Source: an archaeon
GTDB taxonomy: Archaea; Iainarchaeota; Iainarchaeia; Iainarchaeales; JAAZKV01
Assembly (NCBI GenBank): GCA_036170245.1
Contig: JAVHOV010000040.1
Coordinates: 1 to 27,281 of the forward strand
DNA length: 27,281 bases
Direction of reading: 5' to 3'
Of this stretch, positions 10,033 through 18,490 are shown one piece after another. The notes beneath the pieces are model-generated. The model was not told where the DNA came from. It saw nothing but the letters and a program-made list of their open reading frames with translations, and did not search any database. A program made the translations under genes and the position numbers. Each line of letters opens with the position of its first letter. Positions within the stretch are counted from its first letter, which is position 1.

Positions 10033-10047
10033 AATCATCAAACCAAA

Positions 10048-10587
10048 TTACTTTTCTTTTATTGCAGTTTCATAAACTTCTTTAATTGCTAAAATATTTT
10101 TCTCAACTATTGGACCTTTGCTCCCCATTTGCTGTTTTATTGCTTCTTCCATTGCATTAATTGATACTTCACCAGTTAGGGCACTAAATGCTCCAATCGC
10201 AGCAATATTTACAAATGGTTTTCCAATTACTTTTAGTGCAATGCTTGTCATATCAACGCACTTTACTTTTGCTTTAGTATCAAGTCCAAGTTCTTCTGGT
10301 TTCTTGTTTGAATTAACTATAATTAATTCAGTTACTTTTTCAGTTAAGTGTTTTACTAGAGTTGGATCAAGTATGATTGCATAATTTGCCTCATACACTT
10401 GTTCTCTTAATGTAATTTCTTTAGTATCAAGTCTGCAATAACTTCTTACAGGGGCGCCCATTCTTTCTACCCCAAAATTTGGAAATGCTTGTGAGTACTT
10501 GCCGTCCTTAAACGCAGCAATTGCTAAAACCTGAGCACTAGTAACAGCCCCCTGTCCTCCTCTTCCTAGGAATAATACTTGTTTCAT
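10048..10587 (-). CDS. porG: 2-oxoacid:ferredoxin oxidoreductase gamma subunit
   Basis: GRGGQGAVTS, FGVERMGAPV, ILDPTL motifs; first gene of porGDAB. Confidence 0.94.
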   Translation of the reverse strand: MKQVLFLGRGGQGAVTSAQVLAIAAFKDGKYSQAFPNFGVERMGAPVRSYCRLDTKEITLREQVYEANYAIILDPTLVKHLTEKVTELIIVNSNKKPEELGLDTKAKVKCVDMTSIALKVIGKPFVNIAAIGAFSALTGEVSINAMEEAIKQQMGSKGPIVEKNILAIKEVYETAIKEK

Positions 10588-10668
10588 AAAAATCAACTTA
10601 GTAAATTACTTGTCTTACTCTTTTCTACTAAACACTTTGTAATTTTAAAGGTTTAAAAAACCACTCAG

Positions 10669-10683
10669 TCGTACAATTGACGA
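10669..10683. promoter_or_regulatory. putative palindromic operator upstream of porG
   Basis: TCGTACAATTGACGA, similar to sites at 21825 and 24709; TTTAAA boxes at 10644-10660. Confidence 0.55.
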
Positions 10684-10688
10684 AAATT

Positions 10689-11489
10689 TCACAACCTTAT
10701 TTTTGTATCAATTATGTCCTTTCCAAGTAAAACATTTTCTAAATTTCCTTTTGTAAATAAATTAAATATTTCTCCTGGAACCCTGTCTAGAGTTTGCGCT
10801 AATTTCTCTAATTTTCCTTTCATCCCGCCAGTTACATCAACTGAATTTGATTCTCCAACCATTTCTAAAATTTCTGGAACATTTTCTTTTGTAATGTTCT
10901 CAATTAATTTTGCCTTTGAATCAACTTTTGGGTCTGCAGTATAAATTCCGTCTACATCAGTACCCATTATTACTCGTTGAGGGCGAAGCTGTTTGCATAG
11001 TTCTGCAACAACTGTGTCTCCGCTCATTACACTCCACTTTAAGGATTTGTCCTTAACCATTATTCCTGTTGTTATTGGAATAAATCCTCCATGAATTGCT
11101 TTGACATAGTCTTCTGTTTCAAATGAAATTACTTTTCTATTATCCTGTCTGCAAACTAAGTAGCCGGGAATTAATTTTGTTTTAAGTCCGACTCTTTCAA
11201 GAGCTTTAGCAGTTTCTTGGGCAACAAAATTACAGTCAGAAATAGTTTTTTCTGTTCCCTTCTCCTGTTCTTTTGTTTTTATTCCACTGTTTAAGTCATA
11301 CAATTTTACATTAGTGTGTCCGAATGGACCTACTCCGCAGACTAGAGCAACTTTTAATTTTGTTTGCTTAATTGCTCGCGCAAGTTCTTGTGCTGACTGA
11401 TTTAAAATTTCATAATTCATTTCAAATTTGTTGTCAGCTTTTTTGGTTATTGAAGAACCGCCGAATTTTATTACAATTAAATCATCCAT
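10689..11489 (-). CDS. ipk: isopentenyl phosphate kinase
   Basis: IKFGGSSIT.K, GVGPFGH, SGD, TDVDGIY, DVTGGMKGK; amino-acid-kinase fold at the end of the MVA operon. Confidence 0.92.
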   Translation of the reverse strand: MDDLIVIKFGGSSITKKADNKFEMNYEILNQSAQELARAIKQTKLKVALVCGVGPFGHTNVKLYDLNSGIKTKEQEKGTEKTISDCNFVAQETAKALERVGLKTKLIPGYLVCRQDNRKVISFETEDYVKAIHGGFIPITTGIMVKDKSLKWSVMSGDTVVAELCKQLRPQRVIMGTDVDGIYTADPKVDSKAKLIENITKENVPEILEMVGESNSVDVTGGMKGKLEKLAQTLDRVPGEIFNLFTKGNLENVLLGKDIIDTKIRL

Positions 11490-11512
11490 TTTATTGCACC
11501 TAAGGTTAGAAT

Positions 11513-11905
11513 TTATTCAACAACTACTTTTCCAATTAATGCATCTACTTTTATTTTCTGTCCTGTTTTGATTTTTGAAATATCTATTTTGTCTACGCAA
11601 GGAATTTCTGAAATTATTGCACCTACTGCAACAATTGTTTCGCATTCTGCATTAATTAGTGCAACTGGAGCAGTTCCTTGTTTTTTCATTCTGTAAAGTG
11701 CATAGCTTCCAACAGTTGAACCTTTTCCTTGGGGGAACACTAATACTTTTCCGCTAATACTTTTTCCTTCTAGTTCGTGTCCTTTTTCTGTAACAATTCC
11801 AGTTTGTGTATCTACCCCGCCAAAAAAGCTTAGTCCTTGTGTTGTAACTAGTGCTTCGCCTTGTGCTTTCCCAGGAGAAATTTTTCTTCCAATATATTCA
11901 GTCAT
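11513..11905 (-). CDS. phosphomevalonate dehydratase small subunit (AcnX swiveling domain, DUF126)
   Basis: GEALV...SFFGGVD..TG, GKVLVFP.GKGSTVGS; ATGA overlap with large subunit. Confidence 0.9.
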   Translation of the reverse strand: MTEYIGRKISPGKAQGEALVTTQGLSFFGGVDTQTGIVTEKGHELEGKSISGKVLVFPQGKGSTVGSYALYRMKKQGTAPVALINAECETIVAVGAIISEIPCVDKIDISKIKTGQKIKVDALIGKVVVE

Positions 11906-13140
11906 TGTTTCACGTCCTTCGAAAGCGCTGCTTGAGAAGGCTTTGAAAAATCCGAAGGATTTTCCTGAGCCTTGATTGCTTCTTCTACAAGTTTTTCAAT
12001 TGGCATTATTTTTGTTTTTGATTGATTCTTTGAGTATGCATAGTAGCATCCTTTTGCTGAATCGGTTGCAAGGCACTTAAATCTTCCTTTGATTGGTGCA
12101 ACAACACAGCAGGTGTCTGCAGCAAATTTTGCCCCAGCATCAGTGATTATTTTTGCATATCCACTTGCTTCTGCAATTTTCATTGTTGGCCGAGCTGTAG
12201 TTATCCAAAATTCTTTTTTAACTTTCTTTCCTTTCAATAGTTCTGCTAAGTGAGCAATTTCGTTTATGCTTGCGTGAGGGCAACCAACACTAATGAAATC
12301 CACTTCACAGTCCATGTTCATGCTTTCTACTGCTTTATCCACTTCTGCTTGTGTAACAATTAATTCTTCAGAAGGTATTGGAGTTTTGTTTGGAGTTATT
12401 CCTTCCATGTGAAATATTGCGGCTCCGCCGTAAGTTGCAATACTTGCAGAGAACGATTTTAGTTCTTCTACAGTTGCTTCTCGAATTCCTGTAATATAAG
12501 TAGGCTTGTCTTTTACTTTTTCTCCAATAACTTTTCCTAAAGCTCCGAATAAATAAGTTCCTTTTATTTTTGCTTCCACTTTTATTTTTACTTTAGCATT
12601 TCTGTTAATATCTAAATGCATTCCGTATTCTGGAGTTTTTCCTGTTAAGGCACTAGCTAACGCACTAGGTCCGCCTTCTCTGTTTGTCATTGCACCTATT
12701 ACTGAATTTGAGTATGCTACAGCACTACTTTCACTCCAAGCAATGTGCTGTCTGTAGTGTGGATTGTTTCCAATCAAGTAGGGAGTGCATGTGCATGTTG
12801 AGAGTATTCCCATTTTTTCAAATGCTTGTATTACTAATTTTTGTTTTACTGCAAAGTCTTCGCTTATTCCTAAATTTTTGTAATTCTCAAGATCCATTCC
12901 TGCGGGATTTAGTGTTGTAAGAACTTTTACTTTTCCGTCTTTAGCCATTTCTGCTAAAAATTCTAAGCCAGCGTCCCCTAAGTTATCATAACTTACTCCT
13001 GCAACTTGTACACTAGTCACGTCAATTAATTTTTTTGCACCATATATTTCACCAAGAGCAACAAGAATGCTCATTGATTTTTTTACAGCGTTGCCGTGTT
13101 TTCCTTCTAGCATTTCTTTTTCGTATTTTGCCAAATCCAT
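11902..13140 (-). CDS. phosphomevalonate dehydratase large subunit (aconitase X, DUF521)
   Basis: TTLNP, TCTCTPY, WSESSAV.YSNS, TNREGGP, GCPHAS, DTCCVV, TDSAK. Confidence 0.92.
   Translation of the reverse strand: MDLAKYEKEMLEGKHGNAVKKSMSILVALGEIYGAKKLIDVTSVQVAGVSYDNLGDAGLEFLAEMAKDGKVKVLTTLNPAGMDLENYKNLGISEDFAVKQKLVIQAFEKMGILSTCTCTPYLIGNNPHYRQHIAWSESSAVAYSNSVIGAMTNREGGPSALASALTGKTPEYGMHLDINRNAKVKIKVEAKIKGTYLFGALGKVIGEKVKDKPTYITGIREATVEELKSFSASIATYGGAAIFHMEGITPNKTPIPSEELIVTQAEVDKAVESMNMDCEVDFISVGCPHASINEIAHLAELLKGKKVKKEFWITTARPTMKIAEASGYAKIITDAGAKFAADTCCVVAPIKGRFKCLATDSAKGCYYAYSKNQSKTKIMPIEKLVEEAIKAQENPSDFSKPSQAALSKDVKQ
11937..11973. repeat. palindromic element inside the PMDh-L C-terminal tail
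   Basis: AAGGCT...AAAATCC-GAA-GGATTTT...AGCCTT nested inverted repeat. Confidence 0.55.
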
Positions 13141-13152
13141 ATTTTAACACTC

Positions 13153-14427
13153 TCACAAATATTTCTTAATATTAAAGTCAGGGAATTTTGTTCTTGTCAT
13201 TTTTGCGACTTTATCAAGTCTCATAGTCAAGTCAAAACCTGCTTTTGCTGTTTCTCTTGTTATTTGGTCTGCACTTGCGTCAAGTGATGAACCTTTTTGT
13301 TTTGTATAAACATAAAAGTTCTTATCTGCCTGAAATCTTGTAGCCATTGCCCATTCTACTTCAAGCGGATCATAAATATTTATGTCTTTGTCAACAATGA
13401 AGAAATGCTTTCCAGATGTATGACCTTTCATTCCAGCTTCAATTGCTTTTTTGCCGTCTTCTTCGCTCTTCTTGTTTATTTGTATTATTACGTGAAACCA
13501 AGAGCTTCCGCCTGGGTTTACACTAACATCTAAAACATCTACACCAGCTTTTTTTACTTCATCAAAAACTGTTGGTTCTCTAGGCATCCCCATCAGGATT
13601 TTGTGTTCAAATCCTCCTGGAAGGAGTGCGTGATAAATATAGTTTGGTCGAGCATAAATTTTTTCTACAGTGAATACTGGTTCTTCTCGAATTATGTCGC
13701 TAGTTCCAGTTAAGTCAACAAATGGACCTTCTTTGTGCCTTTCATTCAAACTTAATTTTCCTTCCATTATTAATTCACAGTCTGCAGGAAGTATTGCATC
13801 AAATGTTTTTGCTTTAACTGCTTTAATTGGTTTTATTGAATTTGCAATTTCTAGTTCGTTTACTCCTAAAGGTGGAGCCATTGCTGCAGCTAGAGCAGTT
13901 TCTGCTCCAATTCCTATACAATATGCTGCTCTTAATTCTCCATTATTTCTCTTCAATAATTCCATTGTGTTTCTTTCTAAGATTCTTAACGCAATTTTAT
14001 TTTTTCCTAAAACCAGTCCTCTATGGTAGCAGACATTTTGCCCTACTTTAGGATCATTAACAATTATTATTCCGCTCGCAATGTATGCTCCAGCATCTTT
14101 TTCAGTGTGAGTTAAAATTGGCAGTTTTTCTAAATCAAGTTCAAGTTCTTTGTGATCCGTGCTCTTAACAACTTCTGGTTTTGTTGGGTGGTTAAGTGCT
14201 TTAATCATCATTGGAACTAAATCGCTTACTTGGCAGTTAAAGTATTTTGCAACTTTTTCTTTACTTGCAAATACATTTGCAGCAATTTTAGTTTTGCTTT
14301 CCTTTATGTTTTCAAACATTATGCTTTTGTCGCTGCAAGAGTAGATTATTCCGCTTGCTTCCAAGTTCTTTGAAACTGGTTTAGTTATTGTATAATCTGT
14401 TTTTGCTACAAATTCTCGAAAACTCAT
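13153..14427 (-). CDS. ubiD: UbiD-family decarboxylase, probable trans-anhydromevalonate 5-phosphate decarboxylase
   Basis: DLEKLPIL.H...DAG.YI, YHR, EGPFVDLTG, VDKDINIYD...VEWAMATRFQA, GSSLD; lies between ubiX and PMDh genes. Confidence 0.9.
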   Translation of the reverse strand: MSFREFVAKTDYTITKPVSKNLEASGIIYSCSDKSIMFENIKESKTKIAANVFASKEKVAKYFNCQVSDLVPMMIKALNHPTKPEVVKSTDHKELELDLEKLPILTHTEKDAGAYIASGIIIVNDPKVGQNVCYHRGLVLGKNKIALRILERNTMELLKRNNGELRAAYCIGIGAETALAAAMAPPLGVNELEIANSIKPIKAVKAKTFDAILPADCELIMEGKLSLNERHKEGPFVDLTGTSDIIREEPVFTVEKIYARPNYIYHALLPGGFEHKILMGMPREPTVFDEVKKAGVDVLDVSVNPGGSSWFHVIIQINKKSEEDGKKAIEAGMKGHTSGKHFFIVDKDINIYDPLEVEWAMATRFQADKNFYVYTKQKGSSLDASADQITRETAKAGFDLTMRLDKVAKMTRTKFPDFNIKKYL

Positions 14428-14466
14428 AATGTTTCACCCTTTAAATGTAATAAAAAAAAGAACCAA

Positions 14467-15024
14467 TCAGTTCTTCTCCCACCTATTAAATGTATTATTC
14501 TTTACTCCTAATAAGTCTAACGCTTTGCCTACAATAAAGTCTTCTAGGTCACTTATTTTCTTTGGTTTGTGGTAGAACCCTGGAGAGAGCGGAAATATTA
14601 CTGCGCCATAGAGTGAGAGCTTCCAGAGGTTTTCAAGCGTTGGCCCGCTAAGAGGAGTTTCGCGTAATCCAATTACAAGTTTATTTTTTGTTTTTAGCAT
14701 ATTGTCAGCGCACCTTGTAATCAAACTGCTTGTATGTGCATGTAGTATTTCTGAAACTGTTTTTATTGAGGAAGGAATTATTATCATTCCGTCCACCAAA
14801 AATGAACTTGACGAAATACTTGCAGCTAAATTTGAGTTTGAATAAGTTTTGTAGACAAGTTTTTTTAGGTCACTTACTTTTTTGTTTGTTTCTTCTTTTA
14901 GAACTTCACTAGCCCATTCGCTAATAATCAAATGCACTTCAATGTCCTTTTTTTTCAATTCTCTAAGGAGGGCCAGGGAATAATTTATTCCGCTTGCACC
15001 AGTTATTGCTACAATTATTTTCAT
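14467..15024 (-). CDS. ubiX: flavin prenyltransferase
   Basis: IVAITGASG, ASISSSS, IIPSSIKT, LITRCAD, RETPL, PGFYHKP. Confidence 0.93.
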   Translation of the reverse strand: MKIIVAITGASGINYSLALLRELKKKDIEVHLIISEWASEVLKEETNKKVSDLKKLVYKTYSNSNLAASISSSSFLVDGMIIIPSSIKTVSEILHAHTSSLITRCADNMLKTKNKLVIGLRETPLSGPTLENLWKLSLYGAVIFPLSPGFYHKPKKISDLEDFIVGKALDLLGVKNNTFNRWEKN

Positions 15025-15050
15025 AAATTTCAACCCATCAAATTTTTTTC

Positions 15051-15803
15051 TTAAGCATTAATCTTTGGAATTATTTTTTCGCAATCTTTTGGTAAATATG
15101 CTATTGGAATATCTAATTTTTTTGCTTCGCTCTCAAACACTACCCTTTTTTCTCCCCACATCGCAAGAATTGTTTTTGCGCCATTTTCTTTTGCGTTAAT
15201 TAATTGTTTTAATGCATCATCAATCAAAACCACTTGTTGGATGGAAGTGTTTTCTTTTTTGGCAACTTCTTTTAACAAAATTTCTTTTGTTTCAACGTGT
15301 GGCTTTGTAATGACTTTTTCCACTGGAAAATTTATTTTATGATACTTAAGCAAAGCCAAAACTGTTTCTCTAGCTTTTGTTGTCACAATATAAGTTGGGT
15401 ACTCATTTGACATTTTACCAAGCAAAGAAACTATTCCTTCAAAGGGAGATTGTATTTTGAACCATTCGCTTGTTTTGCTCATTTCTTTTCTTGTTTGAAA
15501 AAACTTTTCTTCAAACACTTTTGCAACTTCTTTATTTTCAACCGCATTTCTATCAAACTGCGCTTGGGATAACTTTGAAAAATCCAATTTTGGATTTTCA
15601 TCAATCATTTTTATTAAAGTGTAATTTGTTTGAGCATTCAACGAAAATGCTCTTCCTTTTGAGTATTGTTCCAAATTCTTTTTGTTTATTGCATTTTTGT
15701 TTGTCATTTCATTATAAGTTCTTGCCGAAATTAAATAACTCTCGTATGCAGTATCAATTATTACTCCATCAAAATCAAAAGCGAGTACAATATTTTTTGG
15801 CAT
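15051..15803 (-). CDS. HAD-superfamily hydrolase
   Basis: FDFDGVIIDT motif I, IVTTK motif II, LIDD motif IV, AMWG. Confidence 0.85.
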   Translation of the reverse strand: MPKNIVLAFDFDGVIIDTAYESYLISARTYNEMTNKNAINKKNLEQYSKGRAFSLNAQTNYTLIKMIDENPKLDFSKLSQAQFDRNAVENKEVAKVFEEKFFQTRKEMSKTSEWFKIQSPFEGIVSLLGKMSNEYPTYIVTTKARETVLALLKYHKINFPVEKVITKPHVETKEILLKEVAKKENTSIQQVVLIDDALKQLINAKENGAKTILAMWGEKRVVFESEAKKLDIPIAYLPKDCEKIIPKINA

Positions 15804-15834
15804 TATATATCACAACCTTAATGATTTATTTTAT

Positions 15835-16764
15835 TCAGCCGATTGTTGTTTTTGTAACTTCATACCCTTTTGCTTTAATTGCACTAGCAACTTTGTCCTG
15901 CAAATCTTTTCCTGGAGTTAAGCAGATAACAAGTCCTCCTCTTCCAGTTCCAGTTATTTTTGCACCAAATGCCCCTGCTTTATTTGCAGCTTCGATTATG
16001 TCTTCACTTTCTTTGCATGAAACATTTATCTGTCTTAATAAAATCTGGTTCTGGTTCATCAGTTCTCCGATTTTTTTCAAATTGTATTCTCCAATTGCTT
16101 TTTTTGCACTTGTTACAACTAAATTGTAATTATCAAATATTTTTTGCATGCTGGCAGGATCATTTTCTTTTTGGATTTTTACTTCCCCAACAACTTCTTT
16201 TGTTAAAGCAGTTTTTCCTGTGTTTCCTAGAACTATTTCAATTGGCCTCTTTACTTTTACAGTAGTAATTTGGTTTTCTCCACCAATAGTATTCTTCTTG
16301 AAATACAAAAATCCGCCGTAGGTCGCTACTGTATTATCTATTCCGCTTGGAGTTCCGCTCCCAGCAGTTTCTCCTTCAAACGCGGCTTTGTTTATCTGGT
16401 AATCATTCCAATTCATTTTGTATTCATCGCTTATTGCTCGCGCTATTGCTACTGCACAAGCCGAACTTGCTCCAACTCCTGACGCACAAAATAATTTTCC
16501 ACCAAGAGTTATTTTTAATTTTTCAGGAACATGCATGTACTCTAATATTCTTCTTATTAGTGGATCATATTCTCCTTTCTTTTCTTCTTTGTATCCTGGT
16601 GTTGCGGGCCTATTGTCAATTAAATCATAACCTAATTTTCCTTTTATTCTTTCAACTTCTGCAGTTGTTGTATCTCCAATTGCTGCGGGTATTCCTTCAA
16701 GGCCATATACTACAAAGTGTTCTCCAAATAAAATTGTTTTTCCAAATCCTATTCCTCTTCCCAC
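15835..16764 (-). CDS. mvk: mevalonate kinase (copy 1)
   Basis: GKTILFGEHFVVYG, SGVGASSA, PSGIDN, GAKITGTGRGG; GTG start with GGTGA SD. Confidence 0.9.
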   Translation of the reverse strand: MGRGIGFGKTILFGEHFVVYGLEGIPAAIGDTTTAEVERIKGKLGYDLIDNRPATPGYKEEKKGEYDPLIRRILEYMHVPEKLKITLGGKLFCASGVGASSACAVAIARAISDEYKMNWNDYQINKAAFEGETAGSGTPSGIDNTVATYGGFLYFKKNTIGGENQITTVKVKRPIEIVLGNTGKTALTKEVVGEVKIQKENDPASMQKIFDNYNLVVTSAKKAIGEYNLKKIGELMNQNQILLRQINVSCKESEDIIEAANKAGAFGAKITGTGRGGLVICLTPGKDLQDKVASAIKAKGYEVTKTTIG

Positions 16765-16799
16765 TTTTTCACCTTCAAAAAAATTTATTTGTTTTAAAT

Positions 16800-17744
16800 T
16801 TAATTTACCTTTAATTTAACTGCTTTGAATCCTTTTCCAACGAGTGAAGCAATTATTTTATCCTGCCCTTTTTCATTTTCGCACAAAATTAATGCGCTTC
16901 CGCCCATTCCTGCCCCGGTTATTTTTGCTCCAAATGCGCCTTCAAAGTTTGCTATTCTTACAATCTGGTCTAGTTCTGGTGTGGATACCCCAAGCTGTTT
17001 TAAGAGCTCGTTGTTTTTATTCATTAGTTTTCCTATCTCAGTTGTTCCGCCGAACTGGATTTCTTTTTTTACTTTTGATACAATTGATTTGTAATCAGAG
17101 CAAATCACGTCAAAATCTTTTGCATTTTTTTCTTTAAAGTTTTTTACGTGTTCAACAGCTTCTTTTGATTCGTGTTTTACTCCACTGTCAGCTAAAACGA
17201 AGTACAATGCTTTGCCGCATTTAATAGGCCGGGCAGTATTTTTACCACCTTTCATATCTTTTTCAAAGTAAATTGTTGTTCCATATGTTGCACAGGTGTT
17301 ATCTATTCCACTGGCTTCACCGTGCGCCACAAATTCTGCAGAATATGCAAGTTCATTTATTTTATCATCTTTCCAACCTTGATCAAAAAGAGTATTCACA
17401 CTTCTTGCGAGGGCAACGGAGAAAGCTGAAGAATATCCTAAGCCAACTCCTGAAGCAAAATTTGCATTTACTATAAACTTTATTCCTTTTTTTGGCAAAA
17501 ATTCGTCTGAGCCAAACATTGCATGAAACATTTTAAATTTTAAGTGTTCTGGATTTTCTTTCAGAGAAATTTTTTCATTAAATACTTTGTCATCAAAAAC
17601 TACATCATCAGAATCTTTTACTTTCTGCGCTTCAATTGTAACACATTTGTCTATTCCTGCGGCAACTCCAGGTAAGCCATACACCACAAAGTGTTCTCCA
17701 AAAATTATTATTTTTGCATATCCTTTTCCAACACTTCCAGCCAT
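16800..17744 (-). CDS. mvk: mevalonate kinase paralog (copy 2)
   Basis: KIIIFGEHFVVYG, GVGLGYSSA, HGEASGIDN, GAKITGAGMGG. Confidence 0.82.
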   Translation of the reverse strand: MAGSVGKGYAKIIIFGEHFVVYGLPGVAAGIDKCVTIEAQKVKDSDDVVFDDKVFNEKISLKENPEHLKFKMFHAMFGSDEFLPKKGIKFIVNANFASGVGLGYSSAFSVALARSVNTLFDQGWKDDKINELAYSAEFVAHGEASGIDNTCATYGTTIYFEKDMKGGKNTARPIKCGKALYFVLADSGVKHESKEAVEHVKNFKEKNAKDFDVICSDYKSIVSKVKKEIQFGGTTEIGKLMNKNNELLKQLGVSTPELDQIVRIANFEGAFGAKITGAGMGGSALILCENEKGQDKIIASLVGKGFKAVKLKVN

Positions 17745-17772
17745 ACTAACCACAACCTAAAAATAAAATAAC

Positions 17773-17800
17773 AAACTCTTTTTAAAATAGAAAAGAGTTT
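17773..17800. promoter_or_regulatory. 10-bp inverted repeat overlapping a TATA-like box upstream of mvk
   Basis: AAACTCTTTT-TAAAATAG-AAAAGAGTTT. Confidence 0.4.
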
Positions 17801-17828
17801 CTTTTGAGAAAAAATAATTTGTTAATTT

Positions 17829-18227
17829 TTAGAATTTTGGAATGAATTTTGTTCCGTAGTGGATTATTCCTTTCTCTCCACTCTTGTAGAATTTTCTAAA
17901 TACTGCTTCTACTTCGGTTCCGATCTTTAACTCTTTGTAATCACAATCTACAACTTGCCCTGTCATTCTTGCGCCTTCACTCAAATCAATTATTGCAACG
18001 CAGTATGCTCCCATTGATTCAAATGCCTCTGGACCTGAATGTATTTGTGTGAAGGAAACTATTTTTCCTGCCCCAGAAAATTCCATTTCTGCATAATCCA
18101 GGTTTCCACAATTGCACATACCTTTTTTTTCAAAATATGTTGCACCGCATTTAGTACATTTGTATCCGTTTAATTTGTAACGGTCGTTGTAATTTCTCCA
18201 TCTGATTATTGGGCTGTCTCTAAACAT
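17829..18227 (-). CDS. DUF35 Zn-ribbon/OB-fold protein (scaffold of the archaeal thiolase/HMG-CoA synthase complex)
   Basis: RYKLNGYKCTKCG...CNCG, GKIVSFT.I, GTEVEAVFRK, GIIHYGTKF; downstream of thiolase. Confidence 0.92.
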   Translation of the reverse strand: MFRDSPIIRWRNYNDRYKLNGYKCTKCGATYFEKKGMCNCGNLDYAEMEFSGAGKIVSFTQIHSGPEAFESMGAYCVAIIDLSEGARMTGQVVDCDYKELKIGTEVEAVFRKFYKSGEKGIIHYGTKFIPKF

Positions 18228-18262
18228 AGTCTCACTTCACCAAAATATTCATTCGATTAAAT

Positions 18263-18463
18263 TCAAAATCTCTTTCTTTTTACTATTGGCGTGTCAATTT
18301 CTTTGTCTTCTCTCATCTTTTGTGCGAGCTTATATCTTGGAACAAACTCCTCTGGCTTGTTTTCTTCTACTACTTTCTTTGCTACAATTCTTCTTATTGT
18401 TGTATCTTCTTCTACTTCTTTCTTACCGAAAATACCTTTTACTTTGTCCAGTATTCCCACCAT
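18263..18463 (-). CDS. small hypothetical protein between thiolase and DUF35
   Basis: GGATGTGA SD, co-oriented, fills gap; amphipathic N-terminus GILDKVKGIFGKK. Confidence 0.65.
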   Translation of the reverse strand: MVGILDKVKGIFGKKEVEEDTTIRRIVAKKVVEENKPEEFVPRYKLAQKMREDKEIDTPIVKRKRF

Positions 18464-18490
18464 CATTTCACATCCTTAAATATAATTCTC

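Noticed and set aside
13153..15024. UbiD/UbiX as ubiquinone or aromatic-acid decarboxylation system
   Set aside because: Context with AcnX subunits, MVK and IPK fits the modified mevalonate pathway much better
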